The position numbers were made by a program, and so were the translations under genes. A DNA stretch of 63,178 nucleotides, counting the filler, from Choristocarpus tenellus KU-1152 (lineage: Eukaryota > Protista > Phaeophyceae), in assembly GCA_964200185.2 (NCBI GenBank). It is 12 parts of 12 records of this genome, joined end to end, with 100 filler letters (N's around TTAATTAATTAA, not from the genome) between each part and the next. Parts side by side here need not be neighbours in the genome. Positions count along the whole stretch, not along the records: positions 6,054 to 15,671 come from CAXNAD020003533.1; positions 15,772 to 24,871 come from CAXNAD020003983.1; positions 24,972 to 28,598 come from CAXNAD020018870.1; 9 more parts are not named here. The stretch is one strand, 5' to 3'. Position 1 is the stretch's first letter. Each line of letters opens with the position of its first letter. The notes under the pieces were generated by a model. That model did not search any database. It was not told the origin of the DNA and saw only the letters and a program-made list of their open reading frames with translations. This document shows positions 13,089 to 25,710 of this stretch, in pieces.

Positions 13089-14191
13089 ACTCCTTATTTT
13101 ACCCTCCCCAACGTTCACACTTTGGACTGAGTTCGTGGAAGGCAATAAATCCTAACTGCTGGTGTGAATGCCACCTTCTTTAGCATCTTTGATGAAACAA
13201 GGCAACGAAGGCGATATAGTGCACCTACTATTAATACTACTGCTACTGTGATAGAAATTAATGCAATGCTTTGCACTGCAGAGCACCCACCATCCATATG
13301 GAGGACACTTACCACTCTCTTTGTATTGCAAAATCTTGTGACAGTACTCCTATGCCTCCTTGAGTTTGCTCCAACGGGTGATCAAGAGGTAGAGGCTTGA
13401 TTGGCTACCTACCCCATTACCACTGTTAACCCTTCACCAAAGGCAAGGTCATCAGTCCCTCCCACAGCAAGGGACGGTGGATGACCAATTTTATCATCCT
13501 AATTTGCACGTGCTGTATGTAGTAGTAGTGTTCTTGTGAAATACTCCACAAGAAGTTTTAAATTTAACGACTAATACAATAAAAGTAAAACAGTACAAGT
13601 TAACTATAGTATAAATGACCATTCTGTAACGAGTACACTCAATCCAATAGACATTACTCACGTCGATTGTTTTCATAGCCCAACGGATGGGAAGCACTCT
13701 TTAATTACACCATCAACATACTGATGTTGCGTCAAATGCCCAGAAGCAAGGAGGGTAATGGTAATACATCTTTGTGTTCTTTCGATATATTACTTGTTCT
13801 AGTGTTTTTTATACAATCAATCGTGGCTGATCAGTTATCATATCAGAAACCTCCAAAATAAAGAAATGTTTTTGAGGGAAATACACATACACCAAACGTT
13901 CCCATATGTGCATGGTTTGTATCCCAACAAGACGTTCTATCTTTTCTTCCTTTTGTCTCCTGCGATGTAAGTCAGTAGATTATTTGCATTTAGTACTCAT
14001 GTTCTACAACTGTGTCGGACACCTTTTCTACGTGATTGTTATCGGCAAACAATCACCGAACGAAAACCCCCCTGCTAGGAGATGAGGTCAACCAATGATT
14101 CGTTTATCTCATCATGTATCTGACCTCTGGAGTGTCACATATCATTCGTCGCATTCTACAACTAATTGTGGAAGATCGCCAAGTTCATCAA

Positions 14192-14324
14192 TTAACAGCA
14201 GATTTCAAAAATTGAGGATGGAGCTCTTCATTGAGAATGGGCTTGACCCAAAATTGACTGGGAGAAAGTGTCGATATGTTTTTTTTTGTAATTCATAAAC
14301 TCAATTTTTGAAATCTGCTGTTAA
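14192..14324. mobile_element. MITE family D (perfect 25-bp terminal inverted repeat ttaacagcagatttcaaaaattgag)
   Basis: Perfect TIR pair. Related single ends at ~15772-15838, ~28528-28598 and ~35028-35129. The TSD (TA or TTAA) cannot be separated from the TIR. Confidence 0.85.
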
Positions 14325-15129
14325 TCATCTACATCTGGAAACACATAATCGCAAAGGATGACTACTACACCGCAAATTCGGCTAAAATATCTTCATTCGA
14401 TCAGACACCCTTACCACAATTTCAACCTGCCAAAACGACCGAACATTTGCATATGAACCCAACCAATCACTTGAAATACAGCCACCACATAAAACTACGT
14501 TCATCTCTCAATGTAGAAGTAAGTCAAACATCCTGGAGGGTGACAGTGTTGATCGTAAGGGACCTCTGCGACTGCCTTCTGGACTTGACCTTTCGAGTGG
14601 GATCGTGTATTCCAAAGAAAGCAATTCCCTTGATCTGGACACACCTTCTACATCCATTCACAAAATTCTGGCGGGGTTACCTGCATTTGGCCAATGGAAA
14701 TGGGGTTTCAGGATCAGCATATTGTAAGCCCCCTTATGATCAAAATGGTCAAAATCTACCCTCCTCTGGGATACTTTGTGGGTCACTCACCATTTTTATC
14801 TGATTCAGAAACGTAACACCAACCGTTCAACTCCAATTTTCCCAACCCCATCAATAAAAACCTATGTGTCAACCCCCGTGTTTGTGTTGGTATCTGATTT
14901 TGTGAACCCTTGGAGATGATGGACCCACATCTACTACATGGGCTACCCACTAATAGTCACATTTTCATTTATGAACAAAAACAAGAGACAAAATGAGATC
15001 GACAAATAGTGCCAATTGTCAAAGGGCTGTGGCAGCAACCGCATGCCACCCTAGCCAGTTGATCCTTAACACTGGTGTCACAGGAAAACACTGAACTACA
15101 TGGTGGATGCAGCGCAGTAAAATAACAAG

Positions 15130-15620
15130 GAACAGGAAATGTGACACATACCACCTCTTGCATACATGCAAATGACCTAATGGACCATGGTATCTACTTT
15201 TCACAAAAAAACATGTTTTGCTCCGATACCCTATATTTAAGTCATTCTTCATCGAACAAATAGCAGCCAAAGCAGCTGTGCTCCACACACCCCTGCCTCT
15301 GTATTAGCCAATACCAACCCGCAACTTCCAAACATGCAAGCAAAACAAGAGAATCTACTCCTGTACGACTCAACAAAAACAAATAAACCACAGTTGTGGG
15401 GCAATTCTCTAAAAATCTAATCGGAAATCATTGCAACAGTCCTAGACAGGTCACTGGTCAAAGTGGTAGCTCACCGTGGGTACAATCTTCGTGTTATTAC
15501 CCACTCCCTCATGCACTGTACCTCGTGGCATGAGGTAAGGGTACTATCAACACTCTCTCACTCAAATAATACATTTGGAGACATCACCGTTCCATAACAA
15601 CCACCTCACAAACTTTGTAC
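15130..15620 (-). pseudogene. Possible highly decayed piggyBac-like transposase C-terminus
   Basis: Frame-broken ...SVDSTLTSCHEVQCMREWVITRRLYPR (similar to the VD...E..W.T..W..R region) is followed by ICSMK...GYRSKTCFF...VCKRWY (Cys-rich-domain-like). Weak, judged by eye only. Confidence 0.3.
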
Positions 15621-15633
15621 ATCAAGCGTATGC

Positions 15634-15671
15634 AACCCAAAGTATCTGGGGAGGGGGGGGGGGGTCTACAC
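15634..15671 (-). mobile_element. MITE family A end truncated by contig end
   Basis: aacccaaagtatctgggg...gtctacac running into the linker. Confidence 0.7.
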
Positions 15672-16241
15672 NNNNNNNNNNNNNNNNNNNNNNNNNNNNN
15701 NNNNNNNNNNNNNNNTTAATTAATTAANNNNNNNNNNNNNNNNNNNNNNNNNNNNNNNNNNNNNNNNNNNNGCACCATTTTGGGTCAAATTCATCCTCCA
15801 TAGTATGCTCCATCCTCAATTTTGGTGATCGGCTGTTATTTATTCCGTAAGGCTACCTATGTGCTACTAATCTCGAACTGCTCGGCGTTTTCTAGAACAC
15901 GAGAAGAAATGCTCGCGCTATTCGCCTATAACAAACACACAACCAGGCTTTAGATCGAACCTGCGGTTAACCGGATCGACCCCTCAATATTTCTGAATGC
16001 CCTAGGATTGTACCGTTAAAAAAAAACTTACTAGGGACATCATCCACCCCAACTTAGGTAAGGGTTGGCTGGGTCCTGTCAAAATCTTGCGAGTCAGTGG
16101 TTAATGAAAGCTGTTCCTTGGATTAAGTTTTGGAGGTTTGGACACCATTGATGCTAGACTTTCTTTTATGGGAATTGTTTTCGGTTATACCAACCTCACG
16201 TGGGAAGCGCTACAAGTTGTACACCTAAACTATTCCATATA

Positions 16242-16244
<3 letters not shown>

Positions 16245-16273
<29 letters not shown>

Positions 16274-16308
16274 GTTACTATTATTATTACTGTTATTATT
16301 ATTATTAT
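16245..16308. repeat. (TAT)n microsatellite
   Basis: Direct reading. Other simple repeats lie at 7149-7172 (TG), 27935-27998 (TAG/TGG), 29128-29260 (ACT/ACA with a duplicated ~26-bp unit), 55979-56012 (TAA) and 56113-56177 (CT/TA). Confidence 0.95.
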
Positions 16309-16309
16309 A

Positions 16310-16947
16310 CCCTCTGTAATTTTGCAGATAGATGTGTCTCGGGGAAAACCAATGAAAAGTCAATCAAATATCAGAACCCCTGAAAAAGTAACAACTGTCG
16401 TAAATGCGAAAGACTATTTTCTATAATCTATTTACTATTTGACGACCAGGTATGCTATACCACTGCCCTCCTATGCCTCCAACCTAGCATAGCCCTACAC
16501 CCCAGAGCGGGAAACTAGGGAAGCACCGTTATGTTGCAAAAACGCTGGACATATAATGAGGTAGGAAGGCTACATATTGCGGAGCGATGCTGAAATGGGT
16601 CTAGAATAAGATTTGAGGGCAAAGGTGGTGCGACAATAGGGATGGGATTATAGGGATGCCACTGCCTAGACGTGTCATGCTCTTTAAGCTGGAATCACCA
16701 GGGAGATGGGCATGGAGGGGTTTATTGGATTCTTGGGATGCGTCCCTAGCTCCTCCCCCTGGGGCACAGGTATAGGTAGATTGAAGACGCAGGAAGGCAG
16801 TAAGTAGTACAGCATAGATAGTGATGAAGTAACAAATGAATTAGTGTCTTTCACATTTATGACATTTTCTTTCTTTAGGGCTTACACTGACAATGTGTAT
16901 AGTATTCTTTGGTTTTCCCTCTGACACATCTCCAAAAAGTCAGAGGG
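16310..16947. mobile_element. Foldback/MITE family F with ~200-bp degenerate inverted arms; related shorter copy at ~53195-53510
   Basis: The left arm ccctctgt...agatgtgtctcggggaaaaccaatgaa matches the reverse complement of ttctttggttttccctctgacacatct...cagaggg. The left arm also aligns with 53200-53410. It is flanked by TAT/TAA microsatellites. Confidence 0.7.
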
Positions 16948-18533
16948 AATAATAATAAAAATAACAGGGATGGGATAACCAAATACAACATGTTAGCATC
17001 AAACCAAGAATGAAGGCAGTACGATTAATTTTTGTCAGATAGTTACAGTGAGAATGATCATAGGAAACTGTATAATGGTCAATGCCTCTGACCGTGGGTT
17101 GGGCTATATCCGGAAGGAAAAATACAAAAAATACCGGTATATATTTATTATGATTTTATACCAACCTCTCCCTATTAAAGGGTTCTTTTTCTTGAAACTG
17201 TTTCTACAAAAGATGGTCTAAGATTCTACACTCTACATCAATGAATAGTGAGTGGGATCTGTATGTCCAGACTGGTGCTTAGTTACCTGTGCGATTCTAC
17301 ATTGTGATCGTGTGACTCTAATATAGGATATGTGATTCACAGGGACACCCACATCAACACCCAAGTATTATGTTTAGGGTTAGGGTTGAATGGATATTTA
17401 TGGATGGATAACATTTTTATCTCCTACTCAAATAATTGACTTTCTTCTCAAGAAAGTTGCGTAGTAGGTTGACTGTAGATTAAATAAATGTCATATTGGG
17501 ATTATAATCAGGAAAGGTCAGTTCACTGACACTATTCACTGCATAATATACAGTTTATCATTTGCAGTGTATAGTAGGGATCTCAATATGTAAAGAACAC
17601 ACAGTAGTATACTATAATATTCATATCATCACAGTTTTCATATTATATATTGAATGATGGATCTTGTGTTCACGTCACACCAGACACTGTTAGGTCGAAC
17701 TCGGACTAGATTTCATAAAATTTGGTGACGTTCCAAACCCTGGACGACAAATGACTTGATACTATCACTAACCCTAAAGTATCTCACAAGAATCCTAAAT
17801 CAAGAATGAGGCGGCGATCAATTAAACTGGAGAAGGTCCGACAAAAGATTCGAGGGAGGAGGTGGAGTGAGGTAGTTGAACTCAGTGAATTAGAAAATAA
17901 TGGTGTAACATCAAATTATTATCATACTAGCATATATTCTTGAATGTTTATGAGTTGAAAGTCTTTAACCATGGCTCGGTAGAACATTGTTCCAACAAAA
18001 AGAGTGAAGCAGGTAGTCTGCTTGTTACTATACATTAATATGTTTTGTAGTATGAGAAATGTGGTGAGGGTCCTGAGCGGGATAATTTTCGATAGGGTGG
18101 AGAGGATTAATATAAAGACTTGCCTTTTCAATGCTATTCAGTTTGAAAAATGAAATGGCAAGAAATTCTTATTTTCATTTTTATTGAACCAATTTGGACG
18201 TTAATAGGAAGAGGATTTAGTAGTTGGTTGATTCAATTGCAATATATGTAGAAATATCGATACTTGATTGATTTTATGCAACACATTATGGTGAGGTATT
18301 CACCGATAACTCTGATTCTTGAATACTAGTTCCGAAACTAGCCTTGACGAAATATTTCTGTGGCCAAAAAAAAGTAGGAGATAAGGGAGGTAACCCCAAC
18401 AAGTAGAACAATAGGAGTGTTGAACATTTGCACACCCATCCATCCACCTCCTACGCCTCTAGGACTTGAGACGGAGTATCCTCTCACGTCTTAGAGGGTG
18501 TTGGTGTGTTAAGGGACAGTAGTGAGGTTGACC

Positions 18534-21500
18534 ATGTCGATCGGATGGTTACACTCGAAGGAGATCGGTACTGGGGAAAACGTTGATGCTAGTCATCTAT
18601 CTCGCGGCTCTCGGTGGTGGAGGGGTCGATCGGCATCATCCCCAGCAGTATCTCCCAGACAACAGAAGGCCAGGTTGTCATTTGCCAGATTCGCCAAGAA
18701 GGGTACGAGTCAAGAGGCTGAAGATCTTCATTCTGCAGGAAAGCAAGGGAAAGAGACACCTCATTCACAAATATTTTCCAACATCAAACTGCGTGGGGGA
18801 GGTATTGTCTCCCCAATCGTAGACTCTGGGAAAACGTACGAAGAGCAGAACCGTAAGACCCCGACCATGGACAAAGTCTCTGGCGGGTATGCAGGAAAAG
18901 TGGATCAGCTGGAAGGGGAGCTAGGTGAAGAGCTGAAGGAAATTGATCCTGGAAATAGAGACGGCTCGCTTCCTTCATCACGGAAACCAGCATCGGTGTC
19001 TCCTGCCTCATCTCCAATTGTTTCGATTGGTCTCAGGAGGGTCGAAAGTGCACCACTCGGGAATCGTACACTCATCGAGACAAACCCTGAGGCTTTGTTC
19101 CACCCCATTCCCCGCGAGAAATCCTTACTCTGCCTTCCACCAACCCCACCTTTGCCAGAACTTGTGCTGTCTGCCACTCCTCCCGAGGGTCCACCAGAAG
19201 TTACTGTTGCCACACCTTCAATCACACAGGATGCACATGGCACTACAACTATTGGTCCTGGATCTATTGCACCTTATCCCCCTTCACCCACCGCAGTTGA
19301 TCCATCTGTTCCGGACACGAAGTATGGGATCTCTTCGCTGGCCGTCGATGCTCTGCCTCGAAGGGATGCGTCCGAGGTGCAGGCCTTCCCCTCCGCATCC
19401 GTAAAGATGGAAAATGTTCAAGATTCTGACTTTCCTCAGATGGAAGTGAAGGAGAACTCACTCCTTGAGGGTAGAGCAAGAAGTGCGGTGCGTTTTCTAT
19501 CCTTGAGATCAAAGAAATTGTTGAGAGTCCAGCTCATCGGTGAAGTGGAACCACCTGCGAAGGTTGTCGCTCTCCCGCTAACATGTGATCTGATTTTCTT
19601 CCATAATGCCCAACCTCTGCATAAAATGGTAGTCATGGGACAGCAATCTAGTTTTCATTAGGAGTCCCTCCCCACCTCCTTCCTCTTGTCACTCTTATGT
19701 ATTCCAGATATGGCAGGTCAATCTCAACCAAGACGAGAACAATGGAGAGGCGAGCAAGCGCTCCCCCAATGGACTCTCAGCGGCACCGCCTGGACACTTT
19801 CTGTCAGATGTCTCTTCTGACGTATCCTCCGAAGTCGGATCGCTAGGAGGCCTAGGTGAAAGCGACATGAACCGTGAAATGAGGCCTGTTGTGCGTTCTA
19901 TCCCTGCAGTCCCTAAGCTGGACGGGCGTCAAAATGGTTCCTCTTCCATGCCACCGAGGTCCGGATCGAAAGTGAGAGCAGGCTACAATTTAGAGAGAAG
20001 GAAATCTTTACCACATAGTCCGCTTGAAGGAAGAGGTGATAAAGAACACCAGCTTCCCACTAACTTGCCGGTGGTGGTGGGAGGCAATGATGAAAAACTG
20101 CATGGATACAATGTTGCGTCACAAGGTCAAGCGCTTGTTGTGCCAGAGGCGTCAATGTGGCGTTCAAGGAAGGAAATTTTGTCGGGATGGGACACCATTG
20201 CAGCAGAACCGCCCGAAGCTATTGTTGCTGAAACCATTCAGGTGTGTAACTGCAACGGCTTTCCATTCTATTATAGTTTGTGCATGTGTTCCATACCTTT
20301 ACTGTAAATGATATATTGAACAGGCCTAGCGTCTATAGTGCTGGATTCCGTGCAGGCTATGACCTGTTCATCAATCCTCTTCAATGTTTTGTCTATTTTA
20401 TTCTGGTGAAAATAAAATGAAGGTCTCATGGAATCTCCATTTAAATCTCGATTTCATAGTGAAGATGTGAAGATTGGGGAACATATGGAGGAGCAGACAA
20501 TGTGGTAGGCTTGATTTTTTGTTTTTTTTCTTCTTCATTGGTGTTACATGATGTATGAAAAGCTAGAGAGGATTGAGGAGGTCAAGGGGTATGTGGGTTT
20601 CTCACTGGTGAATGCTCATGTTAACGGTCTAAAAGATGATATCCTGGATACTTGCAATAAGCTTTGGCATGGAAATTATAGATGCAACTGCACTATTATA
20701 GATCATGATGAAAGTAATCATGAAAGAACGCATGGAAGCACTGGCTCTAACCGTGTAAACGCAGTATGAATTGGATTAACATGTCTTTTTTGTTACTGTT
20801 GCACTTTTGATCTATATAGGTACGTATTGTCTTTTGCTACTTCCCCTTATTGTGCCCTTGGTGTCTTCGCTTTTTAAACTGTCAGAGGATCGTTGATTAT
20901 ATAAGTTTCATTGGTACATCCTTCGCCCATTTGTTTACAATCCCCTCCCTGCCGTTGTAGTACCCCTTCAAAAGCATTTGAACCACCCTCCTTCCCCGAA
21001 GCATGTCGGTCAATGCAGATGGGCTCGACAGTTTACATTGTTTTTATCTCTTTCTGTTACACAATATTATTAGTACCAATAGTCCAATAACATAACCCTA
21101 ACCCTAACCCTTAGATTCACACTGCCTCCACCATTGTGAAAAAATTAAAGGTTTAGGGTTTCGTGTGGTGTATGTGTGTGGACGGGTATATTGCTGCAAT
21201 CTATATCTAGGGGGATAGGTCCGGCTCACTCTTTTCTGGTAATAGTACCTGGTCTCTGTGTTCAGGTTTGTGAACTGACTGATAGGAGAGTTGCTCAGTA
21301 ACTAGGGTTAGGGTTAGGTTTGGAGCCCAGGATTTGCTGCTACATAGCACAGCGTGTTCTCGATATCAACATCAATATTTTACACAAAACCGAAAATACA
21401 CTTCTGAGATTGATGTCGAGAAACTGTGTACTTATTTTGATTAGGCCATGTCCGTTTTGGTGATCACTACTCTCTTTTTCATGTGGAGGGTTAGAGGTTT

Positions 21501-23727
21501 CGACCCTTGACCCATGCAAGTAGACATTATGCAGTCCTTCTCCATTCATTTGCATGTATCTATTGTTACTTCTGGTTGCATTGCTGAGAGGGATGGGGTT
21601 CGATGGGTTCTTAACAAAAGGACCATCGATGACCCTCAATTTTTCAAGGGAGTGGTCTGAAATCTACCACTGGATTCAATTATTATTTTTCTTTTACCAC
21701 TATGATGAGAACTGTCCTCAACTGTTACCTGGGAATGTGTCTCATGGGAGAAAGGTAGTTTATGATCTAGAATTTGGTAAGACTGCCCCCAGCCCTGTGC
21801 CCCCTTGAGTGACTCCCTTGTCTCCGGAGCCTACTTTGGAAACCATGGCGCTAATTCATCGCTAATGACCTTGTCTAATCTGCTCTGATGTAGAGGTGGT
21901 GAACTCCACCCCCTGTGGCAAAGCTAAAGATGTGTGTTAAAGATGGATATGATATTTATAATTCGCATGGTGTTGTATGTGTTTCCTTTTGAGATGGCAG
22001 TAGACCTGGAAGGGCTAGACATTGCTGTTATGCCAAACAGTTCACAGCACCATGTACCCTAACCCTAACCCTCTAAAGGTTGCTCTTGCCCTACCTATAG
22101 GCAACAGAAATTTGTACTGTTTTCTCAGATTAAGTTTAGGGTTACGGTTACGGTTAGTTTATTGTCAACCTTTTTTTTTTTTTTCAATGACCATTTGTAC
22201 ACACGTAAATTGCCTCTTTTTTGCATGAATGAAATATCGCTCCTTTCAATGTTCCAAGACTATATTAATTGGCAAACGGTGAATAGGGTGACATCGATTT
22301 TTTCCAAAAGAACGCCCCTTACCACTGAAAACTATGTTGAACTATCAACTGAAATGATGCAGTTTTTTTGGGAATGGGTGACGCCTACTTTGAGGAACCT
22401 TGGATTCCTGCCAACTAAGAAATGAGGAGACATTTTTTTTAATGATGTTTACCAATGATGGGTTGGTATAACCCCTCTAGTATATTCTATCTTAACAGTT
22501 TTTTCCTGAGCTGTAGTCACACCTTATTGCTGACTAAACCATGACCCCTTTTTTTTCTCTCTGGGTTAGTTTTTGGCTGTACCAATTATTGGCACATGTA
22601 TGTACCTTATTCTGTCAACAATCTAACATGCTGATTAGTTCTAAGAAAAAATATTTGACGTTCAGCGGTACTGTCATCCCACCTATCCCATACATTTATT
22701 TATTTTTGTGGATAATGCATTTATATATATATCATTGTCTTCCTAGTGATACCGTAGCCTTGGTTTTCTGCTCTGTGCCCCCCCCCTCTTCTCCAGCTCT
22801 AATAGGGCGGACCTTATAGGTTGCTGGGCACATGTGGAGTATATGGGGAACACTTTGAGTGCGTGTATTGTAGGGGGTCACATGACTTACTTTGACTTAC
22901 TTGATCTCAGAGTTCTCTCCCCCCTCTTTCCAAGTTTGTGAGTCCGCCTGAAACTTTTGAGGTGTGGACTTCAGTTGCCGATTTCCAGTTTCTGCTGAGA
23001 AGTTGTAATTGTGGAGCTCACTGTATTACTAATATTTTGTGGAGTCTTAAGCCCCAAGAAACAACTCTATTTTTGCAATACGTGGTTCTTATACAGCAGA
23101 GCAAAATCATTCAATGCATCTTTTCCGCCCTAACCTTATATCGAAGTGTATTCTGCTTCAAAGTATTGAACTGCATATTCTCCTTAGTTTCTTATTCTAT
23201 TCAATTTTCTGGTTATCTCTCTTGAAAGGAATCGATTTGCTATTTGAATTATGTTGCTGGTTCTGATTGTGACCTGTTTTCTTTTTGTGGGGGATTCATT
23301 CATTGGTGCAATACACCCGGGTAGGGTTAGGGTTAGGGCTAGGGCTAGATTCCACTCAGCTGAAACCATTTGACATGCTGCATTCAAAAAATATGTTTTT
23401 TGTAAAATCTGATTGGATGAAGTAGGAATAACCCTTTGGCTGACTGCAGATGGCAGACCTCTTAGTGATGTGAAATGTGCAAGACAAGCCCCCGTTTAGT
23501 AAGTTTTCATTGTTGTATGTACTGTTGTTCAAGGCACCCATCAAAATTCCGAGACGTCCTTCATTTTGTTTTTGTAGATGACGGGAGACCTGGAGTTTAC
23601 ACGCTTGCTGCGATTGGATGGGAAGCTGGATGGCAAGCTTATCTCAAAAGGAAGCCTTATTGTGGGTAGCACTGGTTACATGCTTGGGGACGTTAGGGGC
23701 TTACGCCACCTCTGTGTGGAGGGAGAG
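18534..23727 (+). CDS. Bactofilin (polymer-forming cytoskeletal, DUF583/PF04519) domain protein with long Ser/Pro-rich N-terminus; exons ~18534-19562, 19708-20241, 23578-23727; 3' exons not found before contig end
   Basis: Exon 23578-23727 has a tttgtag acceptor and a gag|gtaggt donor and encodes MTGDLEFTRLLRLDGKLDGKLISKGSLIVGSTGYMLGDVRGLRHLCVEGE, with bactofilin beta-helix GDL/LRxDG/LIVG/GDV/VEG windings. Exon 19708-20241 ends in phase 0 at ...EPPEAIVAETIQ|gtgtgt, which supplies the missing first winding. The exon 1 donor is uncertain (19562 or 19628). Confidence 0.8.
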
Positions 23728-23950
23728 GTAGGTACTGCTCTGAATGATTATATTTTTTCTGAGTGACATTGTTGCAGTATGTATCACCTACACAGATGAC
23801 ATTAGAGATATCCTGCCAAAGGAGAAAGTGTGCAACAGGGAATTGATACTTCCTTTTTTTTACTCATTGTTTTTGAGTCGGTGGAATATGATTGACCAGT
23901 GCCCTAACCCTAACCCTCTAATATTGTAGCAGGATTTAAGGGTTAGGGGT
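21093..23950. repeat. Cluster of short interstitial telomere-like (TTAGGG/CCCTAA)2-4 tracts
   Basis: Tracts at ~21093-21111, 21302-21320, 22057-22072, 22135-22158, 23321-23348, 23902-23917 and 23940-23950. Others lie at ~17373, 29053, 29179, 44451-44500, 55250-55272 and 59398. Confidence 0.8.
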
Positions 23951-24672
23951 AGCTTGTGGTTATTTTGATCAAATTGGGCCAACTTAGAGGTATGTTGAAG
24001 GACTTCAGGACAATTTGTAGTGATGGATGAGTGTTTGTGTTGTGTATTGGAGTAGTGTTGGCAGCAGCATGCCTTTTGCTGTTCTGAGGGGTTTGAGGAA
24101 TAGTCCTCTTATCTCATCTGTGTTGCTATACAAAGTGTCTATTGGGGTACAAAAAAAAAAGGAAGGTGATATATTGGTGGAGCTGATGTCATTCACCTTG
24201 AAGGTGTGACTTTTTTCAAGGGAGATGTATGTATACGGAAGAGCTTACCAGATGTAATATTTCTAATTTTATTCACGTTCATCACTGTTATTTCCACTTA
24301 CCTGGTAGGTGCCACACCTGCAGTCAACAGGTAGTTGGAGGAGAAAATTAGAATTGCCTTAACCCTAAACAGGAACACAGTATTTGGAAAAGAACTCAAT
24401 ACTTGCAGAAAAAATAGATGATGGAAGAGAGAATTGACTGTAGTGAAGAGAGGCTGTCAAGAATAGCGCAGGCACTTTTCTCTAGCACCCAATATCTGGG
24501 ACGAAATGTCCTTGATGCTGTCAGCATTGCCAAGGTACTACCAGAAAGAGAGAAGAAAAAAAGCGGTGATATGGGGAGACGTTTTTAGAGGTGAAGGGGC
24601 AATTATTACTGTTAGTTATGGAATAGGGTTAAGGGTCTTCAGTTTCTTCTACAGTATTTCTAGTTGTACACT

Positions 24673-24852
24673 GCCTCAAAGTATCTAGGGGGGGTGTCGG
24701 CTGTCCATTTGCGACCACTTTTTTCATGTCGTGATTTTTGGGTGATTTGGTTGTATACATCGGATGGATTATGAAAATGCACTTTTCCTGATCAGGACCC
24801 AAATGGACACCCTGGTGTAGACCCCTCCCCCCCCCCCCAGATACTTTGCGTA
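24673..24852 (+). mobile_element. MITE family A copy, TSD ACT
   Basis: act|gcctcaaagtatct...agatactttgcgta|act. Confidence 0.9.
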
Positions 24853-25710
24853 ACTACTACTCTGGCAAAGANNNNNNNNNNNNNNNNNNNNNNNNNNNNN
24901 NNNNNNNNNNNNNNNTTAATTAATTAANNNNNNNNNNNNNNNNNNNNNNNNNNNNNNNNNNNNNNNNNNNNTAAATAGTAGAAATTAAAAAAAAAAAAAA
25001 AAAAGAAAAATACAATTATTATAATATTCTCAAACTTATTTTTTATTCTATCTGTTTTAATGTATTGAGCACATAATAGATGCTCAAGAACTTTGAGAAA
25101 AATAAAGAGATATAATAATAGGGCAGAGCAGCACACAACACGCTTTGAAAGCATTACAGTGATTGTTTGACACTGAGAGCAGGTAGAAATCTAAGACAAA
25201 CTGCAGGGGGGGTGACAATAGAGGTGTTTCTCAACACATGTCAGCATCACAACAAAACAGACGTAAGTGGGTATCAGTTTTGATTCTGCTATTGGAACCA
25301 TTTCGACAGTTGAGGCATTGTTGTTTCACACTGCATCTCATTGTCCACAGAAGTGTTTTGTGTTAAAACCGTGCACTACAACCCCCCATCCGTGTGAATG
25401 TAGAATTACACCAAAAGAAAGAGACCAAGGTGTGCAACGAATAATATTGTAGTAGTTGGGGTTAGAGAAAATTATGCAGGTCACTAAGTAGAACATACTT
25501 TGAACAACGAAACGTTCTGTTGGAGACTCTACAAAAATTCAGGAGCGTTCCAGGAAGGGGATAGCTGTTAGTTTTTGGATGCATATTGTATGCAGATCTA
25601 TGACTATGGACTGCTACACTGAACTCGTATCTGCTGATGGGTCTCATTCTCTCTCCCTATCTTAACCCCTATCCCTAATCTCTCCCCCCTCAGGGTGCTC
25701 CAACCATCAC

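Noticed and set aside
20460-20503. Possible extra exon (EDVKIGEHMEEQTMW) in the bactofilin gene
   Set aside because: Its splice phases are incompatible with the phase-0 flanking exons, and direct 20241->23578 joining already gives a continuous domain.
24150-24610. Candidate next bactofilin exons (EGDILVE at ~24162; KAVIWGDV at ~24560)
   Set aside because: They resemble later windings only superficially, and I found no convincing in-phase acceptor or continuous motif. The true 3' exons probably lie beyond the contig end.
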